A stretch of 64,000 bases of DNA. Source: Azolla caroliniana (lineage: Eukaryota; Plantae; Polypodiophyta). This document shows, one piece after another, positions 35,901-48,426 of this stretch. The notes below the pieces were generated by a model that made no database searches, had not been told where the DNA came from, and saw only the letters and a program-made list of their open reading frames with translations. A program made the position numbers and the translations under genes. The stretch lies in NCBI GenBank assembly GCA_043228905.1, contig JBHGNT010000001.1, forward strand, positions 15,562,001 through 15,626,000, in the 5' to 3' direction. How positions within the stretch are numbered: the first letter of the stretch is position 1; the number at the start of each line of letters is the position of its first letter.

Positions 35901-37978
35901 GAAGGTGTCGAATTCCGACACGAATAGGAACGAGTCAGACCGACGCAAGTCCGACTCCGAGGGAAGCGGCGACGGGCCTTCCGGAGCGAAGTCCGAGTCG
36001 GCCGAGAAGACCTCGACATCGGCTAATGACTGATCACGCCGATCTACCCGCCAAAAGAACCCAGTTGCGCGGTTCGGATACAACGAGTACATGGTGCATC
36101 ATTATGCGTACATGACACATGTAGCGGAAGTGCGTGAGCCGGAGAGCTGAGGATGCGAATTGGCGCGCCGCGTTGGAGGAAGAGATGCATGCACTGGCGG
36201 AAAACGAGACCTGGGACCTGGTTGACACACCAAAGGGTGTGAAGCCGATCAGATGTAGGTGGGTGTACAAGATCAAGTACAACACCGACGGCTCGGTCAA
36301 CCGATACAAGGCCTGGTTAGTGGAAAAAGGCTACGCACAGAAACACGGCATCGACTATGATGAGACGTTCCCGCCGGTCGCGAAGATGACGACCGTCCGT
36401 GTTTTGCTCGCGGTAGCCGCGGCCAAGGGGTGGCACTTACATCAGATGGATGTAAAGAATGCGTTCCTGCAAGGTGAGCTTGAGGACCAACTGTACATAG
36501 TACAACCCCCTGGATTTCACTCCGAAACGAACACGCCGGTAGAGTGCCGATTGAAGAAGTCCCTTTACGGATTGAAGCAAGCCCCGCGTGCCTGGAATGC
36601 GAAGATCACGCATCGGCTGCGTCGGATGGGCTTTGCGACGTCAAAATCGGACTCCTCGTTGTTCATTCGGAAAGGTCGACTCGGGCCGGTCAGTATTTTA
36701 CTCTATGTTGATGACTTGGTCATCACCAGCGCCAACCTAGGTGAAATCAACCGCGTGAAGCTCCAACTTGCGGCATCATTCGACATGAAGGATCTAGGGG
36801 AACTTAATTACTTCCTCGGGATCGAAGTGATCCGCACCCCCGAAGGCATACTGATCAGCCAACGTCATTATGCGCTGAATATGCTCTTCAAATTCGGGAT
36901 GGCAGATTGTAAGTCCGTCTCGACTCCTCTGGATAGAACTGTCAAGCTTCGCCCCAATTCCGGCAAGGTTTGCGATCCGACAAGGCTCCGACAAATTGTC
37001 GGAAGCCTTATCTACTTGACAATCACACGACCCAATCTCAGTTATCCGGTCGGGATGATCAGTTAGTTTATGGTGCAACCTACCGAAGAGCACCTTCAGT
37101 GTGCACAACGCGTACTACAGTATGTAAGTGGCACTAAGGACCGGGGACTGCTATATCGGACCGATACAGCCCCGCACCGCAGTTGGTCGGCTACACCGAT
37201 GCTGACTGGGCCGGCAATGTCGCCGATCGCTTATCCACATCCGGATACGCGTTCTCTCTTGGGAGTGCCGCGATCGCGTGGAGTAGCAAGAAGCAGCCGA
37301 CAGTTGCACTGTCGAGCACTGAAGCTGAGTACCGAGGAGTGGCTATCGCGACATGCGAAGCCATATGGTTGAAGCGGCTACTTAAGGATTTGCAGGTGGA
37401 GGTGTCCGATCCGATGACGATCTACTGCGACAACCTCAGCAGCATCCAACTCGCGAAGAACCCCGTCTTCCACACACAGACCAAGCACATTGAGGTGCAC
37501 TACCATTTTGTCCGTGAGCGTGTCCTTTCTGGTGAAGTCACACTTCAGTATGTTCTAATGGATCGGCAGACCGCCGACATCTTCACCAAGCCTCTTGGCC
37601 TGGACAAGTTGCGACAATTCTCGGGTGCGCTTGGGTTGCGTCACCTCCATGTGCCGAACTTGAGGGGGAGAAACGTCCTAGATGACCACGAAAGGGAGTA
37701 GGAAAGGAGTGGAAAAGACCATGGTGCCGAGTCGGATGACGAATTCGACCTCGGATCAGCCGAAGAAGCCAAGTGCGGATCCGCGGAGGAGTCCGAAAGC
37801 GGACATAAGGGGAGTAGCCGAAAGAAAATGCCGGAGCCAACCAGGCATGGGGGAGATGACGTTGTCAAGGGCAAGAAGACCGAAGACGAGTTGGAGACAA
37901 CCAACTCGGACGAGAGCGAAAACCTGCGTTTTCTGTTGTTCAGTTTTCCTATATTGCTTCCGCACGCCATTCTTTTCA
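32906..37978 (+). mobile_element. Ty1/Copia element in the Trp-Gypsy protease; most of 3' LTR deleted
   Basis: TSD ATCCG/ATCTG; 5' LTR 32906-33296; PBS TGGTATCAGAGC at 33297-33308; only ~60 bp of the 3' LTR remain (~37919-37978). Confidence 0.93.
33379..37701 (+). pseudogene. Copia gag-pol (gag, CCHC, PR, INT, RT, RH), disrupted
   Basis: [64 protein letters not shown]. Confidence 0.95.
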
Positions 37979-38292
37979 ATCTGGGCAGCCACTAAAGCAA
38001 CAGAGGACCTATTTGCGGCTTGTCCAAATGTGACGGTGAAGATCAAAGATGTGGAGATAGACCAAAATTTCTTCGTGCAAGATGAGGTCTCACACTCCGT
38101 GATCCTCGGGCAACCCTTTATCACAGCATCATGGATGGAGCCGAAGGTGCTCGATAGTGGTGCGGCTTTTGCACGAATTTGGAGTCAAAGCGGAGGGAAA
38201 TCCGTCCAATTCCAAACTGTGCCTGCGAATCATGAAAGGAACAAGAGGGAGCTCTTGTCCCAAACAAAGATGGATTTTTAGAGCGGACTGTT

Positions 38293-41200
38293 GTGGAGTG
38301 GGGAAGTCATAGTCCAAGAAGCCTTGATACCTCACACAAGAAGAAAACTCTCGGAGCAAAACAAGTACAAATCGGTTCGGATGGGGTATATATGTACACG
38401 GCCGTAACCGGAGGAATGAAGAAAGAATACCGAAAAGTAGAGGATAAGTTACAGTCGGCATCAATAATAAAAGAAGACGAAGAAATCATGGGAGTAGTTG
38501 AAGAAGTGTTCTATGGGAGTACGCTACAACGGCTTGAAGAGCATGCGAAAGAAAATATTCAGGGAGACCGGGTAGTTTCGGTGGAATCAGTCGAGATGTA
38601 TGAGATCATTGCAAAAATGGGGCAGGATGCGCTCCGCAAAGAAGAAGCAATGGTGAGTACGAAATAGAAGACCGTGGAGAAGAAAGTGAAACTGGCCGCG
38701 GGACCACTTCCCGCTGATAGCGAACAAAAGAGGAAAGAAGTCTCGGGAGATCCGACACTTCGAAAGTTCGTGGATATCGGGCATGCCTTCACGGATGAGG
38801 CCCGGAAAAAACTTCAGATCGGTGGAGGTGGTTTCCTCTTACAAAAAGAAGAAGAACGATTTTGTGAGATGTTGGAACAACATTGAAAAGCATTTGCATT
38901 CACATCGAAGGAGATAGGGTGTGTTGATCCAAAGATAGTGGAGCTGATGGTGATCTTCACGATTGATCATGTGCCGTGGAACCTGAAGCCGATTCCGGTG
39001 CCACGGGCGCATATTCCGAAAGTCATCGACTTGCTCAAGGAGAAGGTGGGGATGGGGATTCTAGAGCCATCAAACGCTCCGTACTCAAATCGATGGTTTA
39101 CGGTTCCATGCGGACACCGATAGGATTAGTCCATATGTGCACACTACCACAAGGCGCAACAAACTCGGTCACACATATGATGAATGCAATGAACAAGGTG
39201 CTTCAAGACTGCATTCCGGAGATAACAATGCCGTTCCTAGATGACATTCCGATGAAAGGATGCGCGGTGGAAGAAAAAGATGAGACTATGGATGATCGGG
39301 GATGCCGACCGTTCGTAATCGACCATATTCGTGATTGCGAGAAAGTGCTACAAAAGTTAGAAGATGTGCACCTAACACTTTCCAGAGAGAAATCGGCATT
39401 TGGACAAGAAGAAATATTGGTAGTCGGACATCTATGTGGGCCCTACGGCAAAAGACCCGGCCGAAGACCGTCCCCAACCAAGATCGATGCGATTCAAGCT
39501 ATGAAAGAAGTATGTGAGTCACAATCTGAAGTCCGAAGGTTTCTTGGAGCATGTACATTCTATAACATATGGATTCCGCACTATGCACATATTGTGGACC
39601 CACTCTATCACTTGTTGCGGAAGGGTAAGAAGTTCGAATGGAGACCGGAACATACCAATGCCATGAAGAAGCTTAAGAAAACACTATGGAGGGCGGAATC
39701 ACTTAAGAAGCTGAGCTATGACTGACTGATCATAATAACAGTTGACACAAGTCCAACCAGAATCGGATGGGTCATCAATCAAGCTGACTTGGATGGTTCG
39801 CGATATCTCATCCGATTTGGAGCAAAGGTTCTCAATGAAAGGCAATGTGGATATGCACAAGTCAAAAGAGAATTATGGGGAGTCGTGTCGGCAATAAAAT
39901 CGGATCGAGATTATTTGATCGGACCCGAAGTAGTGATCGAAACGGATTGTCTTCCGATACTCGGTATGATGCGCTGTTGTACTATACCGGATGTGGCTAT
40001 GCTAAGGTGGATTGCATATGTTAAGTCACTTAATCCGGAGGTACAACACATCTACGGAAAAGACACCACGGTAGCGGATATGCTATCAAGGGCGCAGTTC
40101 GGAGACGACATAATCGAATCCGATAATGAAGAAGTTTCCGAATACTACTTTGCTTCGGACCACATATGCTAGGTGAACATAATCCGAGAATTCTCGGAAG
40201 AAGAATACGAGGGAGAAAGCTTGCTGATCAGGAAAGTGGTACAAGAATTGAGGAATCATCGGACAATAAAGAGAAGAGAGCCGAGATCCGAAGTAAGAAG
40301 CGGCAAATCCGAAAGTTCTTCTTGAAAAATGGATTAATATGGAGGGAGCCAAAAAGATTGGACGGCATACTACTTCGAGTAGTTAGGACAAAAGAGCAAC
40401 GAAACCAGATACTGTCCGAATTCACGAATCCGATTGGGTTAGACATCGGGGAACATGGGCAACATTTGTGAAGATCAAGCAAAGATATTGGTGGAAGAAT
40501 ATGTACAAAGATGTCGCGGAGTTCACGGAAAGTTGTGAGAAATGCCAAGTCTACTCCAGGGTTCGTCACCGAGATAAGTTACATCCGACATTCTCACCGA
40601 CAATCAACTTCAAATGGATGGTTGACATTGTAGCCATGCCAACCGAGATCGGACAAAAGAAGTAGAAAGTCAAGCGCTACGGAGGAAAACGTGTTTTGCG
40701 GTATGCCAATTTCTTTTGGAAGAAGTGTTTTGCAAGTACGGGTGCGTAGGACAAGTGATTGCGGATTGGGGAGAGCTTGACTCTGATAAAGCTAGGGAAG
40801 TGTTCACCAAAAAATATACAATCCGGAAGCCAACGGGAAGATTGAATGAGGACATAGTCCAATCGTCAAAGCACTTACAAAAGCATGCGAAGAAAGGGTG
40901 AAGGATTAGCCGTAGATGCACCCGTATGCGAAGAAAGGGCGGATCGTACGATGCATAGTTCCGTGACCGGTTTTATGCCAGCCAAACTCATGATCGGACA
41001 AGCACCGGTAATGCTGACGGAAACCACAATTGCAACATGGGCAATGCTTCCATGGAAGGAAAAGATGAACCGGGAAGAACTGCTAGCGGTCCGGATACGA
41101 CAACTGGAGGGAAGACCGGAAGCCATAGTGGAAGCAACACGCCGACAACAGGAAGCGCAATTCCGGAACAAAAGCCAATTTGACACAAAGCATCGACTAC

Positions 41201-41568
41201 GACTGCGGAAGATTGAAGAAGGAGATTGGGTGATTGTCTATGACAGTAGTCTAGATCATCAACATACAACGATACAGAAGTTCGCGAAAAGGTGGTCCGG
41301 GCCATACGAGGTTCGGAAAGTTTTCGACAACGGAACTTTTCAATTATGCGAGTTGGATGGAACAATACTACAGGTGCCTACAGCAGGGAAATGGGTGAAG
41401 ATTTTCAAGAAGCAGACTGACGAAGAATCCTATGTAACCCTAGACAAGAACAACATCGAGGAGCAACCGGACAAAGATCACGGTGATACGGAAAGCGAAG
41501 AAAGTGGACTACAACTCGTAGTCGACATAAGGGGAGAATTGGAGAGTGCTACGGATGAAGACGAATAA
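38293..41568 (+). pseudogene. pol: pol (RT, RNase H, integrase) of the Trp-Gypsy, disrupted
   Basis: LPQGATNS, PFLDDIPMKG, YAQVKRELWG, VADMLSR, YWWKNMYKDV..F..SCEKCQ, FAKRWSGPY. Confidence 0.9.
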
Positions 41569-41624
41569 CATGCATCAGAAACTTCGGCACATACCGGACG
41601 ATGTGCAGGTTCGGAGGGGGCGAG

Positions 41625-42354
41625 TGTCGTAGTGTAGTCCGCACACTACGTGAAAATGTAAAAATAATATATCTGATTTAAGTACATATATATAAATAAA
41701 AGAAAATATTAAAATATTTATTACATGCATAGGGCAGGATTCAAACCTTATACCTCCATGTAAATAAACCAAAACTTTACCATTGTATTAACTTATCATA
41801 AGTGTTATAAATATAGATTTAATAGGTATAAGACTTTTATTTATGCCTACCTTTATTAAAAAATAAATCATGCATTTTTTTGAGTGTGTGAATACTTTAT
41901 TTACAAGAAAAATATAAACCAATAAAAAAAATATACTCGTGCACATCTAGCGTGCATGAGCACTAGATTTAGGAAATAAAAGTATAGTGGAAAAAGCAAC
42001 TCATGCACATTTAGTGTGCATGAACACTTTAGAAAAATGAGTCCTGAAGCTATGCTTAGTCTCTCCCATCCTTATATAAGGAGGAGAGAAAGATGTATAT
42101 GGGGGTTGATTATTTGGTAAGGATTGACCAATATAATATATTCGTGGGATTCACGAATTTGTGATCTAAATTGTCTCGTACTATCTAAATATTGATTAAA
42201 TATACTAAACTTGTGGGATTCACGAGATTCATAACTTACCTCTCTTTTTACCTATTTATTACTAGCCTTATCTTATATTCTTCTTTCTCCTAGTCCAAAA
42301 CCTCAATGGTTCCCACCCGACTCACGCAACGATCCGGAGCCGAAAGGCACTACA
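41625..42354 (+). repeat. 3' LTR of the Trp-Gypsy (730 bp)
   Basis: TGTC...TACA; matches 24494-24938 joined to 30858-31136. Confidence 0.93.
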
Positions 42355-43470
42355 ACATTTATGTGGACTTCCATTTGTTGCGCAAAGTGATCATTAAGAA
42401 AATTGTGAGAAGTACCAGAATCAAACAAGAAATGTGCTTGTGTTCCATTGATATACCTGACTACTCGGTATAAATCATTAGGTCCAAGTAAATGTGAAGT
42501 AAAAGTGCATTCACATGAACTTAAGTGGTTGGTATGAACTTCAACAACATCAAAAGACTCACCTATGTGACTCGTAGATTTGTCTTGAGGAGGGGTATTC
42601 ATTGACTTCCTCTCAAGACGACGACATGTATCCTTTGCGTGGCCCCGTTTCTTGCAATATGCATAGAAGAGGTTCGGTTTCTTGGAGTCGTGGTCAAGAG
42701 TGTCACTGGATTGCTTACGTTTCCCAATGAACTTGACATTCAGAGTTTTGGCGAGCTCAATTTTATTGTGGTCTTTCGTGGAAGTCCTATGGTACCGAAG
42801 TACAATGTTGATGGCTTCCTCGAAAGTTGTGGGGTCCTTGTCATGGACAATCTAATGGTTATCCCCATTGGGAATACCATTCAAAAAGCAAGCAACAAAC
42901 CATTTCTCACCTGTAAGTCCCGATTTTTGGATCTGGGTCTGAGCATGATGCACATAATCCTCGAGAGAGGTAAATGGCTTACTCGACAACGTGAGCAAGT
43001 GTTGCGCTTGTTTAGTTTGAGAAGGTGGCTACAAAAACTATTTGTAGTCCTTTGGCCGCCACCAAGCAACAACTTGGCCACCTAACTCACGACCGACATA
43101 ACCAATTTTTACATCATAAGACTTGGGGTGAAGCTCAAAGTGAGACTCGCAATGACCAAGCCAAGTGCTAATGGCCTCCTCGGTTCTTTCTTTCTTATCT
43201 CCCTTGAATGGCGTTACTACGAAAGGTTCACCTTCTTTCTTGGACTCAATGGTCAATTCTTGGAATTTCTTTTCCAATGCCATATTGGCCTGCCTCATTT
43301 TGGCCAATTGATTCAAGGTAGTAGTGAGCAATTGCTCAATAGTGATCTCAGCTTGTGTGCGAGATGCGGATTGGAGTTGAGAGGTCTTAGTTTGAGAGAT
43401 CGCTCCAACGGTGTTCAAAACTTGTTCCATGATGCAAGTTGTGGGTATGCAATATAAATAAGGAGGTTCA
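42355..43470 (-). pseudogene. gag: Chromovirus gag and protease remnant
   Basis: FLFDSGTSHNFL protease motif; gag-like WLGHCESHFEL...WW; knuckle-like region at ~42630-42665. Confidence 0.8.
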
Positions 43471-45534
43471 GAAAATACACAAGCAAAATGAATGCTTGAA
43501 ATTTTGATTGTAAGAACTTTACCAAGAAAGCATCTCACGTCTTTACCCCTCTAGACATATGAGACGTGATTCGAGATCCGATAACTATGGTAACACTATG
43601 GTGTTTTAAAAACCATGGGGGAAAACATAGCTAAGATGTCTTTCTCGGATCTCTATCTTGAATAATCATGGCGGCTCCCCAAGGCTCAACCATGGTTCTA
43701 ACATCAATGTAGTTTCCTAGTTAGCCTTACATTAGAAGGCCAACCCAACATGTATTGATATGGTCAAGAAAGTGTATTACGTGAAAAAACAAGTGCACTC
43801 GCAAGTAATATTCTAGTCTTGCGAGTAGCAATCAAATGTTTTGAAAAAAAGAGAAAAAGAAGTCACTATCTATAAGAGTCAAGAAGTGACGAAAACAAGG
43901 TTCAAAAACCCATGTGCTACCTACTAAAAAAAATGTCACAAATAAATGGATGGTGCAAGGTATGCACATATACATCCCAATATGATGGTTGTAATTTGTG
44001 CAATTGTGACATACGCCACAAATTGATACAAATGGTGGTGGTGTTGTGCGCAAAGATGTAGTACTCAAATTTATGAGTAAAACATAAATAGGGGAACTCA
44101 TGTGTTTGTAATCGAGTTCTAAGGCTCGGTTACATATGTCAAACCTCAAGAACACTTTGGAAAAAATGTTCAAAAAGCGGCATGATGCCCACTCAATATT
44201 AAAAAATAGTCTACATAAATCGTTACACTATTAAACATGAACGTAATAAGTGTAGATGAACTTAAAATAAGGGCAAGAAAGAGAGTTAATTGTGGGTGGG
44301 TATTTAATGACAATTATGAGAAAATCATCAGAAAGTGAAAAGACAATTTGTGTAATTAGAAAATAATTAGAATAATAATCAATTAGGTGTATGAACATTA
44401 AGCATGCCATAAGGTTAAGAAACCCTAGGGTAGTCGACATGCACCTCCTCAAGACCACCACATCTCCATAGAATCGACCAAGTGATGGCTCAATAGAGAG
44501 TAGAGTGGCATAGGTAGGTGACATACACCTTGTTAAGACCACAACATTCCATAGAATCGGCCAAGTGATGGCTCAATAAAGGGAAGGGTGGCATACGCAA
44601 CATCATATGCAAAAGGGCCATGAGGTGAGCATGTGCGATTAGGCAAGCACGCTCGAGCCAATGCACAAGAATAATTATTATTGTAAGAGATGGCTCAAGA
44701 GAGGGGAGAGTGGGAGATACATCGCAGTATTGAAAAGGGCCATGAGTTGAGCGTGTGCGATTAGTGCAAACACACGTAGCCCGATGCACAATAATAATTA
44801 AAATCGTAGCATGGTAGAAAGTAGAAAGAAAGAAATTAAAATGTAATACAAATTTGATTCGACCAAGAAGAACGCATCATAGAAAAGGAGAGAGAGATCG
44901 AGAAAGAAGAATACCGGGTTAAGAATGTTGTTTTGATCCTGTGAAGAGCATGACAAGCCTTGTTACATCCCCATCGCTCACACGCAAAAAACATAAAAAC
45001 CACAAAAAAAAAAGTTAGTAAATGCTCGGATACCACTATTAAGAGTCGATTACTAATCAATAGACCAAAGTAATGTAAAAGAAGGAAAATAGATTGGATA
45101 GAAGAACCTGTTCCACCCGACCACCCTTGAGCTATGATCTAGACATAGCCAACCTACCACCGACGTCCCATACCGTCGGATATTAGGATGACTAATACCT
45201 TGGAAGAGATAAACACGATCGTCGAGACGAAAGCCTAGCCTACACCACCGGTGAGACAGCAACCTTCCGACGTAATGTCCCTATGAAGGTAGCTAAGCCT
45301 CATATTTATACCTTTTCCTAGGCCCCTTGAATAGATGTGCCTTTCTAAAAGGGTCTCCATTCATTGGTTGCCCAAATCATGATAGTGCATGCACCTATCA
45401 TTCCTTCTTTCCAATCACATTAGCCCCTTTTTAACATTAGTGAACATACCCTTCACTAATGTAAATATTAGTGACCTACCCTCACCAACATTATGTGTAC
45501 ATAACAGTCTTGGACGTAGTCACAAGCCACAAGA

Positions 45535-47083
45535 TGTTAAGAATTAGGTAATTAACTATGGGTTAATTAGTACCTAATTATGTGATTAAGTTAACCGCAG
45601 AAGATGAAGTGATATGTGTGTGTATGTGTGTGAGAGGAAGAGAGAGAGAGGAAGTTAACACTTATAATCATCACAAGATGGGGGAAGTTAACACTTATTA
45701 TCAATTGGAATGTAAATTTTGGGGAAAATAATAAGAAAACTCGTTATCCTATTGATATATCTTGTCTCTCAAATCTAAAGTGAAGTGTTCAATCTTTATC
45801 TTAATCTCTCTCTTTCAATCTATCTTAAATACTTTCTCACTAAAGCTAGTGCAAACTTCGAATCCTTCCGGTCCAGGACCCCGGTGGTTCCGCCTCACGA
45901 TCTGCACCTAGTGACGGATCTTAACGACAGCATCTCGAATGTGGCTAAGTATGTGGTCATCGACACATGTTGCCAAACAATACATGACTTGACTCGTCGC
46001 TTGCTCCCATGTTGAATAGTCGGCGGTCATTGAGTCGAGTCGATTTTCTTGTGCGTCGTTGATGTAGCTCTAATACCATTGGCCGACAAGGTATTGGTTC
46101 ATCTTGTACTCCCAAGATGAATAATTGCTTGGTCTAGCCTTTCACTAGGGAGTGAGCTACCCATTTGTGTGTTCATTTGGATGTAGTGTCTTCCTTTTTT
46201 GATATCCTTCCCTCGATCACGTACTCGTGCTACGTAACAGTACTACGGTAGCGGATAGACGGAATTTGTCGTCGGCTTCTCGAACACAATTACGGAGTCG
46301 GGTGGGCTTAATGGATTTTCTAAACCACACACTCTGATACCATGTTAAGAATTAGGTAATTAAGTATAGGTTAATTAGTACCTAATTATGTGATTAAGTT
46401 AATAAGCAGAAGATTAAGAGATATGTGTGTGTTGTGTGTGAGAGGAAGAAAGAGTGAGGAAGTTAACACTTATGAACAACACAAGATGAGGGATGATTAA
46501 CTCTATATTAAATTAGCATTATCATCATCAAATACAAAAATACCCACAATGAGGTATATATAGATCTCATGTGCAAGGGTGCACATGTGTGAGGAGAATA
46601 TAGGTACAAGGGTGTAAGTCCTTGGGAGTGAAGGACTTAGAATATCCCACTTAAGTACAAGGTCATATTTAAGGCATTATAGTCAACACTTCTAACTAGA
46701 TTTTATCTATGTAACTACGAAGTTACATGGTTGACTAACTAAGTAAACTAAGTTGAGCTTGATCTCTCAACGCGCCCCCTCAAGGTCAAGTGTGAGGTGT
46801 CTGACATCTGCTTTGGCTTTTGTCAGCTTCGTGTGCTTCCATCCGGCCTTCATCTTTCTTCGGCCTTTTAGAGGCAATCTCGATTCATCCCCCTCAAGCC
46901 GGTGATGAAGGCTTGTAGTGTGTGGGCGAAGGTCGACTACTGCCACCTATCGTGGGTTACGAGCTACTTCTGTAGAGCTCTTGGGCTCTTGTTCGACCGC
47001 TACCTTCACCACAAAAGCATAATGATGGGCCATGTAATTGTTGTAGCCGAGCCGAGTGAGGAGATTCTTCTCTCTAGAAGAAT
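45535..47083 (-). mobile_element. Rearranged Copia remnant with a shared central LTR
   Basis: LTR 46343-46772 has a PPT (46773-46784) upstream and PBS TGGTATCAGAG (46332-46342) downstream on the minus strand; gag start MGSSLPSERLD at ~46164; second partial LTR 45535-~45700. Confidence 0.75.
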
Positions 47084-48426
47084 TGTAAAGAATCGGGTAT
47101 GATTCTTGTGCAGCTGAATAAGTGTGAACTGTGTGTGTGTGTGTGTGTGTGTGTATGAGAGAGAGGGAGAGAGAGAGAGACGAGGAGTAAGACACAGAGA
47201 ATACGCAAAGTAAAAGTATATTAACAAAGGAGAAAGACTCAACATTATACAAGGTGGGCGGAGGGTGCTTTATATAGTCACCCTCTCCCTTCATTAACTA
47301 CAAGACTCATGGAGCATGGGGAATGTGAAAGCTCATAAGTTATGTGTCATAGAATATGATTCTATGACTCGTACTAAATGTTAGAATACAAAGTGGTGAC
47401 ATAATGGTGACTCTTGACCGTTGGAGTGTCTATTCACTCTCAAGGTGAGTTCACACACTAGACCAAGTTGAGCTTGATTCTCAACACGCCCCCTCAAGCT
47501 CAAATCGGGTCGGTTTCAGACGGTATCCGAAATCCGCTTCGACTCGAATTTATGCAGAGTTGTGGAATCCGTGCTCTAGCTTGCATTGTGCATAGTTGCG
47601 AAGTCTGTGCTTCGGCTTGCGTCTTTCTTCGCGGCTTTGCGCGGTAGATTGGCTCTTCGCGGCTTCGACGCTTTATTGTGTAGTGTGCGGTTGCGGAATC
47701 TACGCGTTATTGCGTAGTGTTTTCAGTACTCCCCCTCAAGCTTGGTAGGTCAGGGATCGTCAATCCGAGATCAGTCATGAATTGCCATAGCTTGTCGGCT
47801 CCTAAGGCTTAAGAGAAGATGTCGGCCGTTTGAAGATTTGTGCTAATGTGTTGTAGGTCGACATCGCCAACTAGAACGCGCTCTCGGATGAAGTGATAGT
47901 GCACTTCGATGTGCTTTGTCCGCGCATGGAACACTGGGTTCCGAGCCAGATAGATACTGCTCATGTTGTCGCAGTAAAGGGAAGTCAGATCCTTGATGGG
48001 TACGCCCAGGTCCTTGAGTATCCTTTTGAGCCATACGGCTTCACATGTGGCCACTGCCGCGCCCCTATATTCCACCTCTGTGCTCGAAAGAGCGACAGTG
48101 GGTTGCTTTTTGTTGCTCAAGGATATTGCTCCGCTATCGAGGGAAAAAACAAATCCGGAGGTTGATCTTCTATCGGCTTTGTAGCCGTCCCAATCGACGT
48201 CTCTGTACCCCTCGAGTCGTATTGGCATCGCGGTTTTGTAGAGGATGCCACAATCCATTGTGCCACTCACGTATCGTAGAACTCTCTTAGCGCAATCCAA
48301 GTGAGTATCACGCCGTGTTTGCATGAAATGGCTAAGGAGACCAACCGGATAATTGAGATAGGGTCGTGTGATCGTGAGGTAGATGAGACTCCCGATGAGT
48401 TGCCGATACTAAGTCGGCTCACACAC
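47084..48426 (-). mobile_element. 3' end of a Copia element (RT end, RNase H, PPT, 3' LTR), same family as 24939-30852
   Basis: LTR 47084-47486 is the reverse complement of 30448-30852; RH ORF 47809-48324 ([18 protein letters not shown]). Confidence 0.92.

Larger units (their letters stand above)
24494..42354 (+). mobile_element. tRNA-Trp-primed non-chromovirus Ty3/Gypsy element with two nested Copia insertions
   Basis: 5' LTR 24494-31136 (split by a Copia), 3' LTR 41625-42354; 4-bp TSD GCAT/ACAT; host protease rejoins as HIN|ASD; PPT GGAGGGGGCGAG at 41613-41624. Confidence 0.92.
22189..45506 (-). mobile_element. Chromovirus-type Ty3/Gypsy element, internally deleted, host of nested insertions
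   Basis: LTRs 22189-22662 and 45037-45506; TSD GTCCT/GTCTT; PBS TGGTATCCGAGC (tRNA-iMet type, 45024-45035); PPT-like TAGGGGAGCA before the 3' LTR. Confidence 0.92.

Noticed and set aside
37682-38281. 199-aa ORF as one gene
   Set aside because: Spans the Copia 3' region, an LTR remnant and the host Gypsy protease; a junction artefact
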